In this document: positions 38,738-47,522 of the stretch, piece by piece | Layout of the letters: each line of letters starts with the position of its first letter | Numbering within the stretch: position 1 is the first letter of the stretch | Origin: Syntrophales bacterium | Lineage (GTDB): Bacteria; Desulfobacterota; Syntrophia; Syntrophales; PHBD01 | Direction of reading: 5' to 3' | NCBI GenBank assembly: GCA_963668175.1 | Contig: OY764159.1 | Span: forward strand, 1,216,001 to 1,280,000 | DNA length: 64,000 nucleotides | Notes under the pieces: model-generated | What the model saw: only the letters and a program-made list of their open reading frames with translations | What the model was told of the DNA's origin: nothing | Databases searched by the model: none | Program-made: the position numbers and the translations under genes

Positions 38738-40399
38738 TTACGAAGGCACCGGCATTGCGGCCGCCTTAAGGTCTTCCACATAGCGGGCGGCCGCCAGTGC
38801 TGCCTTGGCGCCGGCCCCGGCGGCCACGACGATCTGCTTCTCGGGTTCGTCCGTCACGTCGCCCGCGGCGAAGAAGCCGGGAACGACCGTCGACTGGTCC
38901 CTGTTGACGGGGATTTCCCGCTGGTCGTTCAGCGGCAGCAGGTCCTTAACGGGTGCGGTATTGGGTTCCAGTCCGATTTCCAGAAAGGCCCCGTCGATGG
39001 GCAGGTCCGTGAGCTTTCCGTCCTTCGACTCCAGGCGGATTCCCGTCAGCATCTCGTCCCCCAGGAATTCCTTGACGTAGGTCGACGGGTGCAGGCGTAC
39101 CTGCTTTGCGGCGCTTACGGCTTTCATCAGGACGGGGTCGGCCTGAAAGGTATCCAGGATATTGATGATGTGGATCTCCCTCGCATAATAGAGGAGGTCC
39201 CTCGCCGCCGTGAAGGCCGAATTGCCGCCGCCTACGACGGCAACGCGCTTGTCGACGTAAAGAGGGGCGTCGCAGGTCGCGCAGAAGGCGATCCCGCGGC
39301 CCTGGAATCTCTGCTCTCCCGGCACCCCGAGTCGCCGGTACTCCTTACCCGCGCAGTAGACGACGCTGCGGCTCCTGAAAAAGCGGTCGTTGGAAGTCTT
39401 GACCGCGAAGCCGTAAGGCTGCTGCGCAACGGCCAGGACCTTGACGTTCAAAAGCTCGGCCAGGGCGTAACGTTCGGCATGGTTGCGGAACTGGACGGTG
39501 ATGTCTTCGCCGCTGATGCTGGGGATGCCCAGCCAATTCTCGATGCTGGCCGTATCCGTGATCTGTCCCCCCATGTGATCGCCGATCATGGCGATGTCGA
39601 GCCCCTTCCTGATGCCGTAGATGGCCGCCGACATGGCGGCCGGTCCCGCGCCGACGATCAGGATGTCGTAGAGGCGGTCTTCGCCGACGTCCACGACCTG
39701 CCTTTCGCCGGCCTCTTTTCTCATCTCTTCGTCGATGCGGTTGTAGACATCGGGTTTGACGGCCTTCAGGATACCCAGAATGGCGTCCATGGGCGGCAGG
39801 GCCCCCTCGAAGGCGGGTGCTTCGTTGATGACCGTGCGGGGGACGCCGGAAACGCGATACCGCTGGACCAGTTGTGGAAACTCCGACGATTCCACCATAT
39901 CCGCCCGGATGTTGTCGTTGGCCATGGCCAGTTGGTGGGCGACGTGTACCATCTGGGGGCAGTAAGGGCAGGTGAGGGTGACCATGATTTCCAGGTGGAC
40001 CGGTACGTCGATGATCTTAAGCAGCGGCTCCGCCTCGGGGGGGAGGCCCGATGTTTCCCTGGAAACCATCGCAATGGCTTCAATGAGGGATGTGAATTCG
40101 TATCCCGCCGTGATGCCGTAGAATCGAATGCCGTAGTCCTTCTTTCCCAGGACGACGGTTCCCGGGACCTTGTCCACCCGATACTCTCGGGCAAGGGGCG
40201 CGTCATCGACCAGGTCCTTGACTTCAAGGGTGATCCTGTCGGACAGGGCCTTGACCTCCCTGAGGATGTCCTCTTGTTCGCCGCAGGGACGGCAGGCGTG
40301 TTTCTGGGTAAAGAGAATCAGGCTCACCGGCTGCTTCAGGTTCTTGAAGGCGGCAAGCAGCTGTTTTTTTGCCTTTTCGTCGATCATCTTTCTGGTCAC
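38738..40399 (-). CDS. AhpF-like fusion: protein disulfide oxidoreductase (2x Trx) plus thioredoxin reductase
   Basis: CRPC, CPYC, VP cis-Pro motifs; GAGPAA, CATC, GGGNSA, AAGD; start uncertain. Confidence 0.85.
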   Translation of the reverse strand: MTRKMIDEKAKKQLLAAFKNLKQPVSLILFTQKHACRPCGEQEDILREVKALSDRITLEVKDLVDDAPLAREYRVDKVPGTVVLGKKDYGIRFYGITAGYEFTSLIEAIAMVSRETSGLPPEAEPLLKIIDVPVHLEIMVTLTCPYCPQMVHVAHQLAMANDNIRADMVESSEFPQLVQRYRVSGVPRTVINEAPAFEGALPPMDAILGILKAVKPDVYNRIDEEMRKEAGERQVVDVGEDRLYDILIVGAGPAAMSAAIYGIRKGLDIAMIGDHMGGQITDTASIENWLGIPSISGEDITVQFRNHAERYALAELLNVKVLAVAQQPYGFAVKTSNDRFFRSRSVVYCAGKEYRRLGVPGEQRFQGRGIAFCATCDAPLYVDKRVAVVGGGNSAFTAARDLLYYAREIHIINILDTFQADPVLMKAVSAAKQVRLHPSTYVKEFLGDEMLTGIRLESKDGKLTDLPIDGAFLEIGLEPNTAPVKDLLPLNDQREIPVNRDQSTVVPGFFAAGDVTDEPEKQIVVAAGAGAKAALAAARYVEDLKAAAMPVPS

Positions 40400-40572
40400 G
40401 ATTCCTCCTTGCCGCGTTGGGCCGGTCAACCGTTGGACTCCCTTTGCCGGCGGTTGTATGATTAACCGATCGTTCTCTTTATCGCCGATAATGGACTGCT
40501 TATTTTAACATGGCCGTTCGGCGCCGTCACGTTGAAGTTTAAAATTTCCTGGAACGGCAAGATGAAATGGGA

Positions 40573-40914
40573 TCAGGAGGAAAAGATAAGATTGCGGCAG
40601 TGGGGGCATCTTCCCCCCCTGATGGCGTTAGGGCCGGAGCCGTAGCTGAGGCGGTTTCCGCAATGCGGGCAGCGGACGCCCCGTTTCTTTTCATGTATCT
40701 TAAGAATGGCGAGAAACACGGCCAGTTCCAGGCCGGCGAGGGCGTAGACCGGCCAACCCCTGATGACGTCCCAAAGGCCGAAGGAATTGATGAGGACGAT
40801 CTGGATGAAGAATAAAACGATGAAGACCAGGGTGATCCTGTTGTGTCCCTTCTGGTATTCGGCGCATTGCAGCAGGAATTCGTCTCTTGTGGGCATCGGT
40901 CGTCGCTCCGTCAT
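40573..40914 (-). CDS. Small two-TM protein with C-terminal zinc ribbon
   Basis: Two hydrophobic segments then CPHC-x17-CPHC; start at 40914 or 40896. Confidence 0.6.
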   Translation of the reverse strand: MTERRPMPTRDEFLLQCAEYQKGHNRITLVFIVLFFIQIVLINSFGLWDVIRGWPVYALAGLELAVFLAILKIHEKKRGVRCPHCGNRLSYGSGPNAIRGGRCPHCRNLIFSS

Positions 40915-40994
40915 GGATTGGAAGGTGCCGCCGTTTTGTTTCGGAACGCTTTTAGCCAATTTCGATTCAAAAAGCAATAAAGAGAAGACCGGTG

Positions 40995-42581
40995 TCAGGA
41001 CGCTTCGGCCTGTACGGAAACGTTGCCTCCGACTGCCGCAACGGGACCTTTTGCAGGCCGTGCCAGGTCGGGGTGCAGGGCCTCCGCCAGATTGCCTTCT
41101 CCGTCGGTGAGCATCGTCGGGAGAAAATAACGGCTGAATCGGGAATCGACCCTGAATGCCGGCCGGTAGGTGGCATCGAGCGATTCCGTGGTGGCGACGT
41201 GCGTCCGCGGCGTCCTTCCCAGATTTCGGAGGGATATGCGGCCGTAGTCCGGCCTGGCCGTCGCCAGGGTGGGTGTGCAGAGCAGAAGGCCGTTGTGCAG
41301 GGCCAGCACCATGTGCCAGAAGGCGAGATTTTTCCTGTTGCGGATATAGAATCGGACACTGTGCTTCAACACTTTCCGGCGGAACCCGATCAGACCCTGG
41401 AGATCCCGGACGAAACGGAGCACCTCCGGCATGGGATCGAGGGGCTTCAACGTGATTGCCGTCGAATCGAGATCGCGGATCTTGACGTCGGGTAAAAGCA
41501 GCCCCTTGTCGAGGCACTCATAGAAGAAGGGTGTTTTAAGGATCGGAATGGCAAGCGAAATGTAGCTGGGGAGGGTCATCCGGGGATTTGAGACCATGAA
41601 TTCGATTTCCCTTCGCAAGTCGGCGATCCTGCGCGAGGCGATGTCGTAGACCATGCCGTAATAGAACGTGATGTGCGCCTCCAGGCACCGGCGGATGGTG
41701 TCGGGCTGTGAGCGGCGCATATTCTGATACTTCTGGAAACCGGCCAGGGCGTCGCGGTCGAAGGATTCGACGCCCGCAAAGAGCGACAGGCATCCCGTCT
41801 CGTGCGCCCGGCGGAGATTTTCCTCGTCGTGGAGAAAGTCGCTCGAAACCAGGGCGCACCAGTACCAGAAGTAGCCCCTTTCGTGCATTTCCTGCAGAAG
41901 ATCGAACCTGTCACGGATGAATTTCTTGTCGGCGCTGCCAAAATTATTGTCCAGAAAGACGATGACCCTCCGTTTGCCCAGGGCCAGGAACTGGCGGCGG
42001 AGGTACTCGATATCGTAGGCGCGGTAAGCTCCCTTTTCGGCGGTCAGTGAGCAGAAGGTGCATCGGTTGTAGCAATTCCTGCTCGATTCCACGTAACCGG
42101 GGCTCCTGATCCAGTACACGAGATCGAAGCGGGGGACGGCCCAGCCGTCCCGAAGGAACTGTTCCGACACGTAGGGCTTGCCGAAGGCATCTTCGATAAC
42201 CTCCTGAAGCTGTTCGACATCCCCCGTGCAGGAAAAATCGAAAAACAGCCTTGAGTAGTGAAAAAGGGCCCGGACGGCGGGACCGCCGGCGACGACGATG
42301 ACCTCTGGATTGACGGATCGAGCATACGCCGTCAGGTGGAGCATCCGGTCGAAGGCGGTGTTGAGACCGGTGAGGACGAGCATGTGGGGCCATGCCAGCA
42401 TCGGTCCGGATTCGAGCGGCCCGCTGTACTGCTCATTATAAAGACGAATGTCGCAGAGTTTGCGGGAAAACATCCCGGCCAGAAAGGCGGGCGTCATGGC
42501 CTGGGGGATCTTCGACCGGCGGCGGATGGGCAGGCGGAGTTCATCGAAGTAGCAGTTGACGATAAGGACTCGCTTCTTCAT
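40995..42581 (-). CDS. B12-binding domain radical SAM protein
   Basis: N-terminal ...VVAGGP cobalamin-binding-like domain; SRNCYNRCTFC; DNNF; GVES. Confidence 0.85.
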   Translation of the reverse strand: MKKRVLIVNCYFDELRLPIRRRSKIPQAMTPAFLAGMFSRKLCDIRLYNEQYSGPLESGPMLAWPHMLVLTGLNTAFDRMLHLTAYARSVNPEVIVVAGGPAVRALFHYSRLFFDFSCTGDVEQLQEVIEDAFGKPYVSEQFLRDGWAVPRFDLVYWIRSPGYVESSRNCYNRCTFCSLTAEKGAYRAYDIEYLRRQFLALGKRRVIVFLDNNFGSADKKFIRDRFDLLQEMHERGYFWYWCALVSSDFLHDEENLRRAHETGCLSLFAGVESFDRDALAGFQKYQNMRRSQPDTIRRCLEAHITFYYGMVYDIASRRIADLRREIEFMVSNPRMTLPSYISLAIPILKTPFFYECLDKGLLLPDVKIRDLDSTAITLKPLDPMPEVLRFVRDLQGLIGFRRKVLKHSVRFYIRNRKNLAFWHMVLALHNGLLLCTPTLATARPDYGRISLRNLGRTPRTHVATTESLDATYRPAFRVDSRFSRYFLPTMLTDGEGNLAEALHPDLARPAKGPVAAVGGNVSVQAEAS

Positions 42582-42892
42582 TGCCCCCTCTTGCCGTTGG
42601 TTATTGGTCGAACCGTTGAAAACGATAACGATGCGGTATGGTGGGGTCGTCCTCAGAGATTACGGTGACGTATCCATAACGCAGAATCGCTGAGAATGCA
42701 ACCGTATTATGTATGTTTTATATAATGAGAATATCCATAGCGGACGGTACGGAAACGGAAATGAACGGTTCCCGCTGGAATTTTAAGCGAATGGGCAGGG
42801 AGGCGACTGTTTGCGCAACGGTGCCGCAACAGTGCGGTTCCCGGCTTTTAAACGCCGGACAGGTTGCATCGGCGGGTTTGAATAAGACCGGC

Positions 42893-43066
42893 TTAAGATC
42901 GGTAATCGCAATCTTCGGTCGATTTGTTGATCACATGATCGACAAATCGCGCAAAACGGAAGCAGTGGTCGAGACCGCTTTGGCGGTCGTTTTCATAATA
43001 GAGGCATCCCGTGCAGCGAGGCTCCGCCGCGGCCGGAACGGTGTGCTGATCGGTTGCTCGATTCAT
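42893..43066 (-). CDS. Small Cys-rich hypothetical protein (57 aa)
   Basis: GAGGAGG RBS; CTGC...C...C; promoter directly upstream. Confidence 0.6.
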   Translation of the reverse strand: MNRATDQHTVPAAAEPRCTGCLYYENDRQSGLDHCFRFARFVDHVINKSTEDCDYRS

Positions 43067-43112
43067 GGTGCCCTCCTCTTCGTTCATATCGCAATAGTTT
43101 TATATGCCTTTA

Positions 43113-43142
43113 TATTTAGCATGCAAAATATATGCATGTCAA
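43113..43142 (-). promoter_or_regulatory. Promoter with a spacer palindrome
   Basis: Minus strand TTGACA-N18-TAAATA with CATGCA-N7-TGCATG (43120-43138). Confidence 0.55.
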
Positions 43143-43280
43143 GCAAATGAATCAAAGGCACAACTCTCATGAAGCGGAAGGCGGCGCGGTTGCCCCCTTG
43201 GCGGGACCCACTCCTCTGCGGTCTGATGAAAACCTGGAGCCGGCAGAACGCGTTCTACGGCACCCGGTGCGTACGCGTCG

Positions 43281-44444
43281 TTACCGGCACAACGTAAGGA
43301 TTTCCGCAATGACGTCCGGGGTGTACGCCTTCAAGCCCCATACCTGGGCAAGGGCATGGGCATTGTCCGCGATCTTCCCGATGTCCACGGCGGGGATGTT
43401 CCCTTCCGCAAGTGTCGTCGGGCTGCCGATGTTTTTGAACCAGGCCTTCAAAGCGGTAATCCCCTCCAGGGCCGCCCTGTTCTGGTCCTGGTCCGTCACC
43501 TGGAAGATTTGACGCGCGAAGTGGGCGAAGCGTGCCGGGTTTTTCCGGGAGGCGTAGAGCATCCAGCCGGGAAGGACGATGGATAATCCGGCGCCGTGGG
43601 CGATATCGAACAGGGCGCTCAGGGAGTGCTCGATCATGTGGGCGGGGAAGCCGGTTATCCCCATGCCGGCCGTGGTCAGGCCGTTGAACGCCAGGGTCGT
43701 CGCCCACATCATGTTGGCGCGGGCGTTGTAATCGCCGGGGTTCTGAAGGATGGTTTCGGTGCTTTCCATGACGGTCTTCATGAACCCTTCGACAAGCCTG
43801 TCCTGCAGGGGACTAAAGGGTTCCGTGTTGTTGAAGTACCCTTCGAGCATATGGGTGATGGCGTCGACGGCGCTGTAGGCGCTGTAGTCGCGGCTGAGGG
43901 AGTACAGGACCGTTGGGTCCATGATGGATGTCTTGGGCTGAATGAAAGGGGAGCGGATGCTGAATTTGCAGCAGCCGTCCTCGTTCGTGATAACGGCTGC
44001 GGCATTCATTTCCGAGGCGCTCGCCGATAACGTGAGGACCACCAGGACCGGCAGGGCGTCCTTGATGATTTTCTTATAGGTGAAGAACTCCCAGACGTCG
44101 TGATCGACCTTGACGCCCGCGGCGATGGTCTTGGCCGTATCGATGACGCTGCCGCCGCCGACGGCGAGAACGACGTCCGCCTTCTCCTTGCGGGCAAGCT
44201 CGATACCTTTCACGACCGTGGAAAGGACCGGGTTCGACTTGACCCCCGCAAGCTCGACAAACGTTACGCCCGCCTCGTTAAGCGATGCGATGACCTGGTC
44301 GTATATGCCGTTCTTCTTGATGCTCTCTTTGCCGTATACGAGGAGTACCTTATTGCCGAACCTCCGGACTTCCGGGCCGATCTTCTTGATTTGTCCCTGG
44401 CCGAAGATGATTTTGGTCGTGTTCTCAAAGACGAAATTCTGCAT
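43281..44444 (-). CDS. Iron-containing NAD(P)H-dependent alcohol/butanol dehydrogenase (BdhA/YqhD-like)
   Basis: MQNFVFEN, GGGSVID, DAITHMLE, HMIEH...HG. Confidence 0.9.
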   Translation of the reverse strand: MQNFVFENTTKIIFGQGQIKKIGPEVRRFGNKVLLVYGKESIKKNGIYDQVIASLNEAGVTFVELAGVKSNPVLSTVVKGIELARKEKADVVLAVGGGSVIDTAKTIAAGVKVDHDVWEFFTYKKIIKDALPVLVVLTLSASASEMNAAAVITNEDGCCKFSIRSPFIQPKTSIMDPTVLYSLSRDYSAYSAVDAITHMLEGYFNNTEPFSPLQDRLVEGFMKTVMESTETILQNPGDYNARANMMWATTLAFNGLTTAGMGITGFPAHMIEHSLSALFDIAHGAGLSIVLPGWMLYASRKNPARFAHFARQIFQVTDQDQNRAALEGITALKAWFKNIGSPTTLAEGNIPAVDIGKIADNAHALAQVWGLKAYTPDVIAEILTLCR

Positions 44445-44494
44445 GACGTTCCCCCTGAAAGGTTGATGGATATAGGTTACGGATTATGCAAGGA

Positions 44495-44538
44495 TATGTC
44501 CGTTCAACGGATATACATGAGGAGCCGGGCGTTGTCAA
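44495..44538 (-). promoter_or_regulatory. Promoter plus palindrome upstream of the bdh-like gene
   Basis: Minus strand TTGACA-N17-TATATC; imperfect palindrome TATGTCCGTT-C-AACGGATATA over the -10/+1 region. Confidence 0.55.
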
Positions 44539-44556
44539 TATGGGCTAAAAGGCATT

Positions 44557-44585
44557 TTGACAGATGCAGGCCGCTGTAGTATGAG
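44557..44585 (+). promoter_or_regulatory. Promoter of azlCD
   Basis: TTGACA-N17-TATGAG. Confidence 0.5.
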
Positions 44586-44594
44586 AATCGCACC

Positions 44595-45338
44595 ATGGAA
44601 GATGAGAGTTCGGAAGACAAGGGCGGAAAGAAGGGTTGGCCGTCGGCGGTGGCGGACGGCCTGGTGGCCGCCTGGCCGATATGCCTGGGGTATTTCCCCG
44701 CCGGCGCGGCCATCGGGGTCCTGGCCCAGAAAGTGGGACTCCACCCTCTGGAGATCGGCCTGATGTCGCTTATGGTCTTTGCCGGCAGCGGACAGTTCAT
44801 CGCCGTCTCCATGATCGGCGCGGGCGCAACGGTTATCTCCGTCATTGTCACCACGTTTATCGTCAACTTGCGTCACCTGCTGATGAGTTCCTCCCTGTCG
44901 GTCCATCTTAAGGGCACCGGCAACGGCTGGCTGCTTCTCTACGGCTACGGCATTACCGACGAGACATTTGCCGTGAATCTCAACCGTTTCCGGGACGGCG
45001 GCTGGGATTGGCGGCGGGCGCTGGTCGTAAACGTCACGGCCGCCTCCGCCTGGATCGGCAGCAATATTGCGGGCTGCTATGGAGCGCAGTTCATCCCCCC
45101 GAAGGCTTTCGGGATCGATTATGCGATGACGGGCATGTTCATCTGCCTTCTCGTTCTGCAGCTCCGGGGGGCCCTCTACATCGCCGTGGCCCTTCTCGCC
45201 GGCATCCTGGCCGTAGCCGTAGCCATGGTCCTGCCGGGCAACGCCTATATCGTCATCGCCTCCGTCGCCGCGGCAACGATCGGTGTCTTCCTCCGGAACA
45301 GCAAAGTATTTGCAGCGCGGGACGGCGGCGAACCATGA
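44595..45338 (+). CDS. azlC: AzlC family branched-chain amino acid exporter
   Basis: PICLGY, FAGSGQF, NLRHLLM, TDETFA. Confidence 0.9.
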   Translation: MEDESSEDKGGKKGWPSAVADGLVAAWPICLGYFPAGAAIGVLAQKVGLHPLEIGLMSLMVFAGSGQFIAVSMIGAGATVISVIVTTFIVNLRHLLMSSSLSVHLKGTGNGWLLLYGYGITDETFAVNLNRFRDGGWDWRRALVVNVTAASAWIGSNIAGCYGAQFIPPKAFGIDYAMTGMFICLLVLQLRGALYIAVALLAGILAVAVAMVLPGNAYIVIASVAAATIGVFLRNSKVFAARDGGEP

Positions 45339-45658
45339 TGAAGCCGGATTTTCTCATTATGGTCGCCGGTATGGCTATCGTAAGCTATCTCCCCCGCTGG
45401 CTTCCCCTGGTGCTCCTGACGCGGCGGCAGCTGCCCCGCTGGCTCGTCGAATGGCTGGACCTGATACCGGCGGCGATCATGAGCGCCCTGGTCTTCCCCG
45501 CCTTGTTCACGGACGGCGACCCCCGCCACCTGGAATGGTTCCGGCCGCACATATTCGCCGCCCTGCCGACGTTTGTCTTCGCGCTTTTCACCAAATCGCT
45601 GGGCGGAACGATCGTCGTCGGGATGGCCTTCTTCTGGCTCATCGAAAAGTTCGTATAA
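45335..45658 (+). CDS. azlD: AzlD family protein
   Basis: ATGA overlap with azlC; SYLPRWLP, IPAAIMSAL. Confidence 0.85.
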   Translation: MMKPDFLIMVAGMAIVSYLPRWLPLVLLTRRQLPRWLVEWLDLIPAAIMSALVFPALFTDGDPRHLEWFRPHIFAALPTFVFALFTKSLGGTIVVGMAFFWLIEKFV

Positions 45659-45823
45659 GGCGCCCGGCCTTCCACTTAAAGCCTTTACCAATACCCGAAA
45701 GTCCGGCCGCCGGATCCGGTCGTCCGCCCGTGGAAATCGGGAGAGTCGTTTTCCGTACCCTGTTTCAGCCTCTGCGGCCCTTTCTTTAAGGTATTTTTTT
45801 TACTGAATAAACGATTTATCCAG

Positions 45824-45852
45824 TTGACACGGACCTGTCATATCGGTATAAG
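45824..45852 (+). promoter_or_regulatory. Promoter of the carboxylase operon with an inverted repeat
   Basis: TTGACA-N17-TATAAG; TGACA-N6-TGTCA at 45825-45840. Confidence 0.6.
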
Positions 45853-45971
45853 GGCGGATGCAAAAATCGGCCCTTGCGGGGGTCGGGGGTAACAGGCTGA
45901 TTGTCCAACATATTTTTAAGATGCAGAGCCGTCGCTAGTGTGGTGAGGGTGGAAGATCTGAAAGGAGCAAC

Positions 45972-47432
45972 ATGGCGGTCAAGGAACAGAAAATCGAAAA
46001 AGTTCTGATAGCGAATCGAGGAGAGATTGCCCTGCGCATCATCCGGGCAGTCAAGGAACTGGGTATGAAAGCCGTTGCGGTTTACGAAACGCCGGACAAC
46101 GATGCGTATTATATCCGTCTGGCCGACGATGCCGTTCTCATCGGCGACGGTCCCCGAAAAGACTATCTCGATATAGGTAAGATCATCTGGGCGGCCCGGA
46201 AAAGCGGTGCCGATGCCATTCATCCCGGGTACGGCTTCCTGGCGGAGAATGCGGACCTTTCGGCCGAGTGCGAGAAGGCGGGCATTATCTTCATCGGCCC
46301 CCCGCCGCAGGTCATTCGCGATCTCGGCAACAAGGTCGTAGCCAGAGGCATCATGGAGAAGGCGGGAATCCCCTTTATCCCGGGAACGTCGGATCTCAAG
46401 CGCGGCGAGGCGGGAATCAACGAGGCCATCGCCTTCGGTAAAAAATTCGGCTATCCCATCATGCTCAAGGCATCGGCGGGAGGCGGCGGCCGGGGAATCC
46501 GGAAGGTCGTGAGCGAGTCGGATCTCCTCATGCAGCTGCCTTTGGCCAGGGCAGAGACGCTTTCCTGCTTCAACGATGAAAACATCTATGTGGAGAAGTG
46601 CATCGAAGCGCCGCGGCATGTGGAAGTGCAGATCCTTGCGGATAAGCACGGGAACGTCATTCATCTCGGGACGCGGGATTGCTCCATCCAGCGCCGGCAT
46701 CAGAAGCTCCTGGAGATCGCCCCGGCGGACCTGCCGGGTGACGTGCTTACCGCCATGTGCGATTGCGCCGTGCGCGCCTCGAAAGAGTCGGGTTACGTCA
46801 ATGCCGGTACCGTCGAGTTCCTGGTCGATTCCAGGACCAACGAATTCTGGTTCATGGAGATGAACACCCGGCTGCAGGTGGAGCATACGGTCACGGAAGA
46901 ACTGAGCGGTGTCGACATCGTCCGCGAACAGGTGAAGATCGCCGAGGGATGCCGCTTGTCCATCCCGCCCATCAAAGGGCAGCTTGCCGGCAAGGCCATC
47001 CAGGTCAGGATCAATGCCGAAGACCCGAAGAACAATTTCATGCCCGAAGGCGGAAAACGCCTTGAAGTGTATCAATCCCCGGGTGGGCCCGGCGTGCGTC
47101 TGGACGGCGTCGTCTATCAGGGTTACAGAATACCAACCGAATACGATTCGCTGATGGTTAAATTGACAGTGCGAGGTTATAATTGGGAACAGACGATCCA
47201 GAGGCTGAAGAGGGCGCTGAACGGCTTCTTGATCGTCGGCCTGAAGACGACGATACCCTTCTATCTTGCCATCTGCGACGATCCCGATTTCAAGGCCGGT
47301 ACGTTCGATACCGGCTACATCGAAAAGCATCCCCAGTTGTTCGATTACGAAGAACCCGAACGGGAAGTTGCCAAGCTTGCGGATTTGATCGCAGAGATTC
47401 ACGCGCGGAAGGTGAATCCCTACGCCGCCTGA
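45972..47432 (+). CDS. pycA: Biotin carboxylase (pyruvate carboxylase subunit A type)
   Basis: ANRGEIA, HPGYGFLAEN, GGGGRG, EMNTRLQVEH, RINAED. Confidence 0.88.
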   Translation: MAVKEQKIEKVLIANRGEIALRIIRAVKELGMKAVAVYETPDNDAYYIRLADDAVLIGDGPRKDYLDIGKIIWAARKSGADAIHPGYGFLAENADLSAECEKAGIIFIGPPPQVIRDLGNKVVARGIMEKAGIPFIPGTSDLKRGEAGINEAIAFGKKFGYPIMLKASAGGGGRGIRKVVSESDLLMQLPLARAETLSCFNDENIYVEKCIEAPRHVEVQILADKHGNVIHLGTRDCSIQRRHQKLLEIAPADLPGDVLTAMCDCAVRASKESGYVNAGTVEFLVDSRTNEFWFMEMNTRLQVEHTVTEELSGVDIVREQVKIAEGCRLSIPPIKGQLAGKAIQVRINAEDPKNNFMPEGGKRLEVYQSPGGPGVRLDGVVYQGYRIPTEYDSLMVKLTVRGYNWEQTIQRLKRALNGFLIVGLKTTIPFYLAICDDPDFKAGTFDTGYIEKHPQLFDYEEPEREVAKLADLIAEIHARKVNPYAA

Positions 47433-47522
47433 TCTTTCGATTCGAGAGGACAGGACGGCGGCAAGCGGGATCAGGTGATCATGCCTCAACCGTACGGTTG
47501 ATTGACATAAAAAGGGTACTTT

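Noticed and set aside
40915..41517. N-terminal extension of the 314-aa ORF 40573-41517
   Set aside because: Overlaps the radical SAM gene out of frame; only the last ~110 aa look protein-like
42713..43150. 145-aa plus-strand ORF
   Set aside because: No motifs; the opposite-strand Cys-rich ORF has the better RBS and promoter support
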